Origin: Blastocystis sp. Blastoise
Lineage: Eukaryota; Protista; Bigyra: Opalinata
NCBI GenBank assembly: GCA_039096225.1
Contig: JBBPEB010000024.1
Span: 372,001-436,000, forward strand
Length of the DNA stretch: 64,000 nt
Direction of reading: 5' to 3'
Positions 1 to 12,960 of the stretch are shown here, in pieces (positions within the stretch are counted from its first letter, which is position 1; each line of letters begins with the position of its first letter). The notes below the pieces were generated by a model. It worked only from the letters and a program-made list of their open reading frames with translations, ran no database searches and was not told the origin of the DNA. A program made the translations under genes and the position numbers.

Positions 1-1463
1 ACAAGAATCAATAAATTAAAAAAGAAGATGATTATATACACGTAAAACAAAATTCTGTAAGTAGGATAACGTATAATACAATGAAGAAGCCTTAAAATAA
101 GAGAAAAATAGTAGCTCAGTCAATATGTGGAAATGAGAATGGTGACGAAAATAAATAGATCGCGTTGAGATAGATCCTAAACAAGTATTAGAGAAAGACA
201 AATCACTGTAAAACGACAATACGTAAGAATAATTGCACAAAGAGAACAAGAAACCATTTCTTTATATAAAAAGTCTAAGAAATTTTTTGTTATTTTGTTT
301 TTGAATAAATACTTAAAGGCTGATATTCGTTGGTTATGACGCAATTTGTATTCAACCCATACATATTGAAGCAGGAAATGATAAAAATTATGAAAAATAT
401 TTGATCTACTGATTGAATTTTGAAATAATGAAGATTATGAAGTCTAATTTAGAACCAAATGAAGAGAGTAACTGTATATAATGAGTAGAATAGTTGAGAT
501 TCACATCAATAATTCTTCTATAATCCTTACAAGGAATCTTTAAAGAATGATAATACTCTGTTTCAAAACTTGTGAAACTTGTTTGACTGATTATTCCAGT
601 TATCAAGGCAACTTATTTAGCTCTTTCAAATAACGAAGTTTGATGATGGCAAAAATCTCCTTTATTAAAATATATCTTCTGATTTAAAATGGTATCTCAA
701 GCTTGTCTCAATGTATTCTATTTATAATGTTAGCCATAATTATTCAATTCATTAAAATATTAGCGAATTTAGTCATATATATATATATAATCAATACAAC
801 AAAATAACGTGTTCTAATACGAAAATTATTCAATCTTAAATAGTCTATATAGACAAAAAATAGAGAACACATTATAATAAAATAAATTATTTGATAAATA
901 AATTACTAACAAATAAATAACTATTAAATTAATATTAACACATAATATATATAAATAAAAAGAATTGATATTAATATATTTTTGTATATACATAAAACAA
1001 ATTAGCATAGATTATGTAAATTCTGATAGTAGAAACGATACTCTTATTTAGTCCATAAATGGTTTTAGACATCAAATTAATAAGAAAGTAGACATAATAT
1101 AAATATTAAAATAGAAGCCACTGTACATTATAAAATAATATAACCAATAATTAAGAATAACGTGTGACTAGTTATCCTATATATGATATATATTAATATG
1201 TATATAAATAAAATATGTCTTTATAAAAGAATTATATATATACAAAATACGATATTCATACCATAAAAATATAGAATAGAATATGTTTAAATGATAATTA
1301 TATACAAGTGAAACAAATCCACTAAATGTCACTAATGTTCTACATATAAAAGCATCAGCATCATCATTTTCATATATTACAATGAATTATTACATATTAA
1401 ATAGAACTCTATAATTAGATACAAAATTATCGACAAATAAGTAAAAATAAATACAAACAGATA

Positions 1464-4447
1464 TTAAGATATAATATATACATATATTCCATCATCAACA
1501 ACTATCAGGTTCGACTGAATAATCCATTCTATTGGAATGACATAATCTAAAGTAAACTCATTCGGATTGAAAATAATTCCATATAAATTGTTAGTATCAA
1601 ATTTAAAACTCTTGAATTTTTTACCAATAATAAATAGTCTCGATTTGATCTTAATTATTTCTTGGACCTGTAAACAGAATACATTCTTAATAGACTTAAC
1701 TCCATTTTTATAATAGCAGATAAAACTTGAATCAATACACTTGACATTTGGCTTAAACGAAGGCTCAATGAATATATTTTTATTTTCTACATATTGTAAC
1801 ATAGTACAAATATTACTTCTATTTATTAATGATACTTTCTCATCAGTATGTACATCAAATTCAGCATTACAGAAAGGAAAAATAAATTGATTTCTTTCTA
1901 TACAAAATTGATATATCACTTTAATATCTTCATCACTTATTATAAGACTTTTATGACGATCATATTTCCATTCATTATCATCAGACATAACATCGTATTC
2001 AAACATTTTTCGACCATTAATGGGTTTAGATTTATTTCTAAATAGTACTTCCGAAAGAATTAACTTATTTAATAAGGAAAGTGAAGTTTGACTTCTATTA
2101 ACTTTTGTTCTTTTCATCACAGAATAAGAACGTTCAAAAGGAGCTGTTGAATATAATCTTAGACTACCAAGGACATAAATATTTTCGGGTATATGTAATA
2201 ATTGATGAATCTGTGTATTTAGAAGAATTGAAGGAAGTGACACCTCCATAAAAGATACAATTTTTAAAGCATCTATTTCAAGTTGCTTTATTTCATTAAT
2301 GTTGTGTTCTCTTTTTATAGAAAGTGTTTTGGTGATAAACGAAGCTAAGAAAGGTACAATAGGTATCAAAAGACAATCTTCTTCTGAGTATCCTTCGAGA
2401 AGCATTGGAAGAATCTTACAAAAGAAATATATTCTATTATATATTGAAGAGTGACGATATTCTAGTTCTTGCATCATGTATAAATATGAACCAATATTTG
2501 TATATTTTACTTTATTTATTTTAGTAATTATTTGTGACATTGTGGACAGTATTTCATCACTCAGGAATAAAGGAATTTGCTTGTACTGATCTTGTTTAGT
2601 TGCTTTATCATCAATTTTGTAGACGGTTTGTAGATTACTCATAATTTCTTTGTTATCTATAATTGTTTTGTGTTTAAACAATATTTCAATTAGAGTATCG
2701 CATATATTTCCATAAAGATGAAGCCAATCAAGAGGTGTACTTTTGAAAATATTAAAATAAGGCAAATAAGTTTCATAAAGAGATTTATCTTCCCATAATC
2801 CAAATTGTGATGTTTCTCTAAATTCTTTTAAATCACATAATTCTTTTTTCTTGAGATCGTAACATGTATAAAAATCATTTTGAATATATTTCTTGTTTAT
2901 TTTGATTTCCTTATTTAACATTATCTTAATATCTCCTTTAAAAGAAACATCTGGAACTTCTTTACCATTTTTAGTATTATAATAAACAATTCTAGGTATT
3001 TCTGACTTGGTTCCAAATATGTTTTTGTTTTTTCTGATAAGACTGAAGCATACTTTAATGCCATCTTTTGTTTTTGATGACTTACTAATAGTACAATATC
3101 TACAAAAATAACGTCCAACTTGATTATTTATTCTTATTTGATGAGCAGCTTCTGGATAATCGCAACAAGTACTTAGAAGGATAGCTTTTATTGTAATAAT
3201 TTTTCTTTCCGTTTTATCGTATAAGTGAAGACCTTCTTCAAACAAAAACTTAAACTCTTTAAATAAATATTCCATGATATTATCACTTATTGAAGACTGA
3301 GTAATAGTAAATACATGGTGACTTTTTGAGTTCAAACAAGTATTCAATGATTGATTTAATAATAATAATGAAACTGGTGTTATGCCTTTATTCATAGAGC
3401 TTCTTGAGTGACAATAAAAGGCGACACCATCAACAGAAACCACGAATGTAAGAAGATAATCACAACTTGTTATGACTTTCGAAGCATATTCCATAAAGAG
3501 ACTAGTAAATAATAAAGGGTTTATATTCTTATCTTTTGGTACACATTTACTATTTATAAATTCTTCAATTTCGGATGACTTGATGAATAAAAGACTATTT
3601 CTTCTTTGCTCATCTTTAAAAATCGATGCAATTTCATAACTAATTGGGTGTAAAGCGACTTTTTGATAGTTAATCTCTATATATATATTGATTTTTATTT
3701 ATATAATCGAAATAGTCCATAATATATTATAAAATTATAAAAATTATTAAATGAAAAAGAGTTCTATCTACAATATATTAAAAATAACTACAAATTCTTG
3801 ATATATGTATTTAATATAGATAACATACTTGAATTACATAAACATTGAGGTTGCTCTTCAATACATTTGGAGGTATTATAGGAAAAATTGTAACTAATTA
3901 TTCGTTTACACGTTTGACAGATAACCAAAAAGACCAAGTGCTTATATTCTTCTATACAGTTTCTTTTTAAGAATCTTAGTATTTGTTTTCCAGAAGATTT
4001 TGGAAATGGGAACTTCGTTGTGACTATTCCTAGGCTTTCACTACTTCTGAAAAAATTCATAATGTTTTCTAATTGTTTTTCAGAGAGATTATTCTCACAA
4101 TAGAGATTTAAAATAGATTTTAAAAAATCACTTTGTTGGCTAGGCTTTTTATCATCTGTTTTCTATAGATATAAAGAGTTATAAATAATATTATGAGTTC
4201 ATACAGCAACAAATTCATTTATTCGACTCATTAATTCTAAAATATATTTGTCTACAAAGAATTATATATTTTTCAAAAATATTATACCTTCAATTGCATT
4301 CTGGGTTTCTAAACTGATTATATTCATCTCTGATAATGAATAATTATTATTTTTTGAATGATTACGTCTGCCATTAATAATACGTGAAGCAACCGATTTA
4401 GATTTGTTTGTTCTTTTTTTTCTTGTTGTGATACTCGTGAGTCTCAT
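1464..4447 (-). CDS. CMC-superfamily (EnSpm/CACTA-type) DDE transposase, 4 exons (4447-4288, 4251-4205, 4162-3829, 3676-1464), ~917 aa
   Basis: Hand splicing at GT-AG sites gives a 2754-nt open frame. Family motifs in order: N-terminal NLSEKQLENIMNFF..P..S; CxxC...CxC; VSVDG (D1); CCDYP...GRYFCRYC; PLDWLH (D2); HQLLHIPENIYVLGSLRLYSTAPFERS (E). Confidence 0.9.
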
Positions 4448-4662
4448 TACCTAAAGAAGAAATAAAATGTATCAAAAAGCTAATATACGTTTTTTAATAA
4501 AAATTAACAAAAATAAAACGAATGAAAAATATAAAAAAATAGTTAAAAAAAGACAATTCTCATAGAAATTGCAATTCTTTGTTGTAGATTATTTAAATAT
4601 ATATATAATATATTCAATTCAAATTTAATATCTTACTTTTTGGATAACCTACAATACATAAC

Positions 4663-5496
4663 ATGAGTTCAATTTATGATGACGTTAGTTCATCTGAGGA
4701 TGAAAGACAGTTACTTGTATCAACTGGACAAACAAGCAACTTTGGTAATATTCAGGACATAGAACCTTCAATTACTGATTTAGAAGATTTGAATAAGGCT
4801 CAAAAAGTATATTATTTTAAATATAATCACTATTCTTATAAAGAGAACAAATTTATCACCTAGATATACCAAATATAAAAGAAGACTGAAAGATAATGAT
4901 ATATTAACATCTGATATAGTTAATACTCAAAGTGGTGTTGATTCAATTTATGTTCTTAATGAAATTAAAAGAATTATTGACGTTATTATTACTCAACATG
5001 AGAATGAAGAATATGAATGTATTATATTGTATTATAATTATTATTTGTGGTAGACTATTGTTTTATATTATCATTATTATTACATATAGGGGATCCAACT
5101 ATGTCAATCTCACTCTTTGCCAAAGTAAACAGTTTTTGTAACAACGAATTGGCTTTGAGAGATTTAAATATAATTGAGGGTCAAATTCAAAAACAATACA
5201 TTTCTAAAAAACTACTAGAATATGTTTGTAAAAATAGTGACATGATGAAAGTATACACAAGAATAATAACAACGACTGCAGATAGTGATAAAATTGAGGA
5301 TAATTTTGAGTTTTCGACTTTTATTTTTGAGTTTTACACATTCTTTTCAAAGTGTAGAGAAGTAGTTCCTGATTATTTATATGTTAAAGACTTTATTCTT
5401 AAGGATATTAAATCTAAAATGAAAAAATTCAAGAATTCAAACAAAATATGGAATATTGAAGAGAAAGCTATTATGTTTGATCTTATGATGAATTAG
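4663..5496 (+). CDS. Accessory protein of the CACTA element, unknown function, ~3 exons
   Basis: ATG at 4663. Introns at ~4807-4843 and ~5019-5089 join MSSIYDDVSS..QK|RTNLSPRYTKYKRR..EEYE|WDPTMSISLFAKV..FDLMMN in frame. Divergent from the transposase, 215 nt apart. Confidence 0.6.
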
Positions 5497-6824
5497 TATA
5501 TTTATATACTCTTATTTGTATTCTATATATATATATATATATTTAGATTTTTTCATGGATTGAACCAAAGTGATTCACAACTTATACTATTTAAGAATAA
5601 TCATTTAACACATAAATAAATATGCTTTTTTAAAATGGTTTTGTTAAATAATTAAGAAAATACATGTATTAAAACAGTAATATGTATAAAAAATTGAAAT
5701 ACTTGTTAATCCCATAAATAATCATACTTTGTTGATATACAGAAAAATTTCTTTTGTATTCAATTTCTTTCCATTTTAGTGCTCTTCAGCTTGTCTGAAT
5801 ATTACTGAAATATATAAAACGAAAAACGTTTTTAATAATCTCAAAAGAGGTAAAGAATAATTATTTTATTACATATTTTATTGAAATAGTTTACAAAACA
5901 AACGGAATAAATGTTTTTTTTAATTATTGAAACCCAAAACAAAGTGTATAATGATTTAAATATTTGGTAAAAGCAATATTATAATAATTCTGTTTTTTAA
6001 AATATGAATCTTCGTCACATTTATTTACGTATATAAAATAGTTAGGCTTTCTAAGTATTTAAAAATTAATTATACTTCCAATTATAAACATCCAAAACAT
6101 AATCCTTTGTTAAAATGAGTAAAAGACGTTTAGAAAATGATCCTTGATGATTGCTTATCATTTTAAATACATATTAATGCTTAGATTGTAGGATATAATG
6201 AACGATTAAAAATTTTAAAAAATAATTAAGTTAAAAAAGTTATTTTGAAGTTATTTTTGTCAAAAAAGAGAGAAACTTGACAAGTTGGCGGACACTCTTC
6301 TCTCGAGTTTAGGCTAACAAATTTTTGATAAAAAATTCTCAGTCATTTTGTTGTTTCTCTTACGGGGAAAAGGGTCCAAAAAAAACAAAATGTCCATAGT
6401 GCATAAATTTTATAGATAATTATTATAATTTAATATCTATATTAAAAATATCATTTATAATATGTATTACAATTTTGAATTAATGAATAAATGCAAAAAT
6501 ATGCATTATATATATAATACTCTATGATATTCTTAATATGTGTCTTTTAATGTTTTTTCTAAAGTATTGAACATAATAGTTTGGCTATAATCATATCAAT
6601 AATTTATTATTAGAATTCATTGTTAAATGCGAATTATTATATATTTTTAACTAATTTATTGCTTATATGCATAGAATTAAATCACAAAACAATATAATTA
6701 TTATATTAAATTGAAAAATTAACAGCAAACATATATAGAATTATAAAAACATAATATTATTCATGATATTATTATAAAAGATACATATAATATATATAAA
6801 ATAATTAATAAAAAATAAAATAAT

Positions 6825-8397
6825 TTATATTCTTCCCCATACTTCATAATCTTCTACTCTAAAATAATATTGAGAATTATCATTATTTGTATTTACAAAT
6901 AAGGATGATTTTTGAGGAGTATTTAGTTCAGAATAACGAGATGCTTTACAAGAAGAATTCGTATTACTATGACATTCATCAGATATATAGATATCACAAC
7001 CTAATCCAAATGTTGGACCAGAAGAAGAAGAACAAAGTATAGCGTAACGTTTATCATTATTTACATAATCATATTTAGTAGGAGGAATACCATGTTCATT
7101 ACTTAATGTAAATAGAAATTCTTTTGAATAAGGTTTATTATCTATATAAATCATATTGAGTAATTATATAAAATAAATAAATATACGATCGGAACAATCC
7201 CAATTTTGATCTGTATATCCTCCAAATATATTAATATGATTATTTTTACCTATATGTTTGATTATAGTTACTGTTTCTCCTTTATTATCACAATATTTAT
7301 GAAATTCACTTGTTAAGTAATTATGTTCACTTGCTCTATATATATAAGAATAAGAAAACATAATATAAATACCTAAATAATAATTTCCATTTCTTTTCTT
7401 TACCAAGCCAATTCACTAATGGAGTTTCAAAACATTTCTTCTCGATTACTTTTGAATCTATAAATACAGTTAAATTTCCCATCATATTTCTATTCGCAGC
7501 TTCTCTTCCTTGTTCACCAAATACACTATACATTTCATTCTCTAATAAACTAATATCTATATTTTTTATTTCTTCTTCTTTTATATCAAGACAACAGTTT
7601 TCCATGTATTCATTAATATACTTCATATATTTATAACTCATATACATAGACCTAATATCATTTATATAATCATAATCAACATATCCATTCTTATATTTCA
7701 TTATATAATCTTCCCATAAATTATTCTTCATTAAATAATTCTTAATCGTATCATCTTTCTTTCCATTAATATTTAGAGAAACTTCATCACCTTTCTTATA
7801 TAATTTTTGTTTTTCATCTCTCATTTCTCTACAATCTAATAACTCTATAGGAATTGGTAAATTACAAAATTCAAATAATTCAAGCAACTTCAATTATTCT
7901 CGAAAATCAATATGACTATAATCCACAACTTTACCATTCAAGTGATCTAGTAAATAATACACGTATCCATCGTTTCCTCGATAATCAAGGAAAATATTTC
8001 CATCACTTGTTCTCAATTCTTCTTCAGATTGTTCATAAATATAGGAATAAGGGATCGAATTGATAATTGTTTTTGATAAGGAAAACAAAGGGCCGTTTCC
8101 AGAAAAACGAATAAGCTCAGTATCATTAGTATCACTCGTATTCATTATTGAAGTTGGCTCTCCTTTAGCATTATCAAGAAAATGTTTCAATTTTGAGAAT
8201 TTATCACTTCCTCGTTGAATACAATCTTCATCTAGATTACTAAGAGCACCTTGAAGTTTCTGACCAGAATAAAGTGTCAAAGAAAGGATAGAAGTGAATC
8301 CTTCTACAATCTTCTTCATTAATTCATCTAAGCCACTTACAGCATCTTTAACTTGATTCAAAGAATCTAAATCAAATAAAACACCTTCTTTTATCAT
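6825..8397 (-). pseudogene. BTB/POZ-like + TLDc domain gene, copy 1, with a premature TAA at 7894-7896
   Basis: TLDc motifs WKLLFRASEH..EFHKYCDNKGETVTII..IFGGYT..GPTFG.G.DIYISD..VEDYEVW. N-terminal T1/BTB-like segment (DGNIFLDY). Introns 7336-7372 and 7142-7186. The TAA sits where both paralogues have Gln (E-Q-L, D-Q-L). Confidence 0.8.
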
Positions 8398-8679
8398 TGT
8401 AAATTGAGATTAAAATGAAGAAAATATAAATAAAAATATATATCTAAAACTTGCAAAGATATAATCCAAGGAATAGAATAATCTGTCAGCTATTTTTCAT
8501 AATTTTCATAATCTATCAAAACAAATTTTTAAAATATATTCTTCTGTTTTCTTCATAGCCTTCAGTGATTTTAATTAATTTGAGTAAGTTTTTAGCAATT
8601 AATTAACATATATTTAATATATACCTACTTTTTATCATGATTTTTGAATTCATTATGTCATTATAGTTCAATTACTATC

Positions 8680-10825
8680 ATGTCAAACGCTGAATCACAG
8701 TTATTGGAAGATAAATGTATTTAAATATGAATAAAAATTATTTATTTTCTTTTAGATTTATTTACATTTCAAGATGAGACGCAATTATGGATTTCTAAGG
8801 AATTTATTGAGAAATATCATCAATTTCCCTTTTATGATATCATTGAACACTCTGATAAATATGAAGATGATAGTTATTATATAGATATGTTGCCTTTTCA
8901 TATAGAAAAAGTGATTGTTTTTTTGATAGACAAAAACATGGATTTTGAATCATTAAATCTACGAGATGGTTATGATATATATAAAACACTTATTGAATAT
9001 TCATTTTCACTTGATAGTGATATCCAAAAAGAATTATTAAATCAAGTTAAAAAATTATTTATTAATTATTTGATAGAAAATGATTATGATCTATGTTCAT
9101 ATGAGAATGAATATAAGCTCTTACATGAAGTTCCTACCAGACTGTATAGTTTATATAATGTAAAAATATATATAAAAGGTAAATATATATAATTATATAG
9201 TAATAATAGAGTGTATATAGGATTGTTTACTCCTCAACGACAAGAAGAATTATTATATTATTCGCTTCTTATTAAAATGATAGATATAGTAGTAGTGACC
9301 ATTAAATGTATATATGTTTAATATATTACTAATAATCTATATATAGATGATTATGCTTCGAATATTCCATTAAAATATATACATCCATCAAATATTCGAA
9401 ATATATTCCCTTCATTAAGAAGATTAATAATAACTGGTATATATATATATATATGTATTTATATTACTTTATATATTATAATATATATAGTAATTACACA
9501 TTATAAGAAAAGTGAAATATTATTAAATCCGAATACCGAAGAATATACCTTGGAATATCTTCGTATATATAGTGAACTTAAAAATAGCAAAAATAATTAT
9601 TGTAAATATGATTATTACTCAAGATCAGATATAAAAAAATATAAGAGAATATCTTTATATATGAACAATTTACAAAATTTCAATAATTTTAAATTTTATC
9701 ATGAGAAGAGGCCAAGAAAGTTATACAAATTATATAAGAATTTCATTAATGAAGCTATATATACAAATGATTATTCACAAGTAGAAATAATTAAACCAGA
9801 AAATGAATGTACATTAGAAGATACAGTTGAAATTGAAGTTTATTGTATGTATAATATAATTATTCCATTATTATCATTATATATAGATAACTCAAATCAT
9901 AACGAATTCTCGTATATAATTATACTTCTTTATATTATGAATTATTTTAAACATATATGAATAATAGTATTAAGGAAGTGTCTTCAAAAATAGGTATGTA
10001 TCAATTATTACATCTTTTTTTCTTTTTATAAAAATTCACAAATCAAGTTTTATCCATGTATGTAATTATATATAATTATATTAAATAATCTATTTTAGAT
10101 AGTATGTCAAAATATAAGTCTATAATTCTTATAAAAGCAGCAGAAGAAGGTGTTTTTGACTCTTTCACTACATTAAGTTTTGGATGGAGTATTATTTAAT
10201 TGTTCTTATATATATTATTATTCAATGTAGTTAAAAGAGAACCTCAATTAGATTATAATATAATTAAAAGAATACTGACAACTCATGTATTTCCAAATGT
10301 TATTGAACTTATATTTAAATATTATGGTATCTATTTATTTAAATATATATATATATAGATGTATCCTTTATATCTTTAATAAAAAAAGAATGTTTTCCAA
10401 AACTACATATTGTCACCTACGATAATTCTACCGGTAATATATATATATCAATAAATATTCTATTTTTTATACTAGATATTGAAAGCTTTAAGTTTTTATT
10501 TCCTGTTAATATAATATCAATGATTGATACTATTCATATACATGAAACTGGTTTTTATCAAAAAGAGAAATTAGCGCTTCTTTTTGATAATCTAGCTTAT
10601 ACTCATTCAATTCATATTGATGGAATTGGTATTTATATATTATAGAATACTGAACTATCTATATAAGTAATTATATATATTTGTTATATATAGATGAGTT
10701 GATTTTCTTTTTACCACATTTAAAAGAATTGTTTGAAAAGAATCTTATTTCCTTTGATGAGCTTAAAAGTATATAATATGTAGATATTCCTTTTTTTTAA
10801 TGTGCTATGTATTATATATAAACAT

Positions 10826-10859
<34 letters not shown>

Positions 10860-12476
10860 CTTAATCTATAAAGTTGATTCTTCTGATTCTGTGCATGCTA
10901 AAAAATTAGAGTGTTTTGAAAATTACAAGCAAAATATTGATTGGTTATGTATTAAATTAAATTGTATTTTATGTTTAATAATAAATAAATAATGTATAAT
11001 TTAATACGAATTCTTATTGATTTATAGATTATAGAAAAGATTGTCATAATTTAAATACTCCAGAAAGAATTGATGACAAAAAATGTTTAAAAAGATTCAT
11101 AAGTAGTAAAAAAATTCAATATTTGGATTATTTATTTATTAAGCGTATATTCTTTATAATATTATTATCATATTTTTTATAATATTTATAGCTGATTATA
11201 CTATGAGTATAGAATACTTAAAATGGATATCAAATATCTTTGATGATAATAATATTATTACTATACATGCATTAAATATTAATTGTATATTATATTGTTA
11301 AATACATGATTTATATAGTATGTTTTAATGGAAAAAAAGTATTAATTGAATATTATAATATATTTGAAAATATATTGTCTAACTTAATACCTAAAGCTTC
11401 TGTTATTACAATGGAGGGTAATTATTTATATACATTTATAATCATTATGATAATAATTATTTAATTACTTTTACTATACTTAATAGCTAGCTGTTTGTTT
11501 TTTGTAAGGCGATTAATTCAAAAACGTTATTTTTATAATACTACTCAATTATATATACGTATATATATTATATATATATTTTTCATTCATATAATATATT
11601 TTATTCTATTTTAATATAAATATTATAGATGATTTTGGTAAATGTTATGAAAACTTTTTTGATGTATATACTACCGACAATTTACCTCATTTAAAAGAAA
11701 TCACTTTTAGTATTTATTAATAACAATAAAATATTATATTATAAATCATATTTTATGTATATTTTTCTTATATTTTGATTCGATTTGAATTAAATATTAT
11801 CTAAATCTATAGAACAATTAAGCCGTGACGAATCGTGGATATCCTTTATTCATAAATTTTATAAATGTATTAGTAATAAAAACTTTCCAATATCAACTAC
11901 TATTTATTTCTCATGTATATCCATAATAAAGATTCTATTAATATGAATTATAATAATATTTCTATAGCTTCCTTTTTTCCTGGTTATCATTATGATCCTA
12001 ATACTTCTATTTTTCGATATAAATATGATAGTAATTATTTTATGGATACAATTAATTGTACAGGAAGTATATATATATATATATAACATATTATGTATAT
12101 ATATATATAGATGAAACCATGAATAAATATGAGATGGAAACGTTATTTGAGTGTATAAATGAAAATAAAACTCAAAATATAAGATATTTAGAAATACGTA
12201 TTTTAATATTCAATATTTTGAGTAATATTTCTTGTTATAGTTGTTTATTATGAAGAACAAATGTCAAAACTTATCAATTTTATTATTACTGGAAAATTCC
12301 CGAAATTGAAAAAGTTAACTTTATATACTTGTACATATATATTATTATTTATATTAACAATATATTATATAGATCGTACTATTTCAGAAGAACAGAATAA
12401 TGTATATATACAACTATTGAATGATTCTTCATTTATTCAGGAAAATCATGTAAATTATACAGTCAAAAAATATTAA
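8680..12476 (+). CDS. Intron-rich gene, N-terminal BTB-like domain + degenerate LRR-like repeats (family member A)
   Basis: ATG 8680, first intron 8717-8755, >20 short exons. N-terminus FTFQDETQLWISKEFIEKY..SYYID; repeated FPSL/FPNV/FPKL/LPHL motifs; ends ENHVNYTVKKY-TAA. Colinear with the copies at 16578 and 44423. Full frame integrity not verified exon by exon. Confidence 0.75.
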
Positions 12477-12960
12477 TAACTTTTGTTGTATATACTTATT
12501 TGTTATATCCTTATTATTATGTTTAACTATGAATTTATTTTATTAATATTCTTTAAGTATTCATAACGTTTCTATTATTATATATATAAACAAAAATATT
12601 GTTTAATTCAAAAAATGAAATGATAGTTATCAATTTATATAAAAATAACTTCTAATAACAAGTATATAACAATTGGATGTTTTTTTTTAAATTCGATGCA
12701 GTTATTATGACAAAGATGATTGCTTTTTATTTCTTAATTGAACATTTTTAAATAATGAGTTTTCTTAGAAAAATTTTTAAAAAATAACTTACAAAAATCT
12801 CTAATTATTTTATAAATATAATATTTAGTAACAAGACTTTTTCTAAACAAATAAAGATATATACATAAATTACAAATATTGATAGATATATTATTTTTAT
12901 ATATAAACCAATGGGAATAATAATGATTCATATAAATATATATATAACAAAGAATCTGTA

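Larger units (their letters stand above)
1464..6401 (-). mobile_element. Autonomous CACTA-type transposon; right end at 6401, left end not found (start given is the transposase stop)
   Basis: ...AAAATGTCCATAGTG ending at 6401 reads CACTATGGAC on the minus strand. It closes a GC-richer subterminal block (6280-6401) ~2 kb upstream of the transposase. No matching left TIR seen in 1-1463. Confidence 0.6.

Noticed and set aside
1320-1340. CACTAAATG/CACTAATG as the left TIR of the CACTA element
   Set aside because: The match to CACTATGGAC stops after 5 nt and there is no subterminal structure.
1505-1520. TCAGGTTCGACT as a third tRNA-like T-arm
   Set aside because: No closing CCTGA stem or acceptor, and it lies antisense within the transposase CDS.
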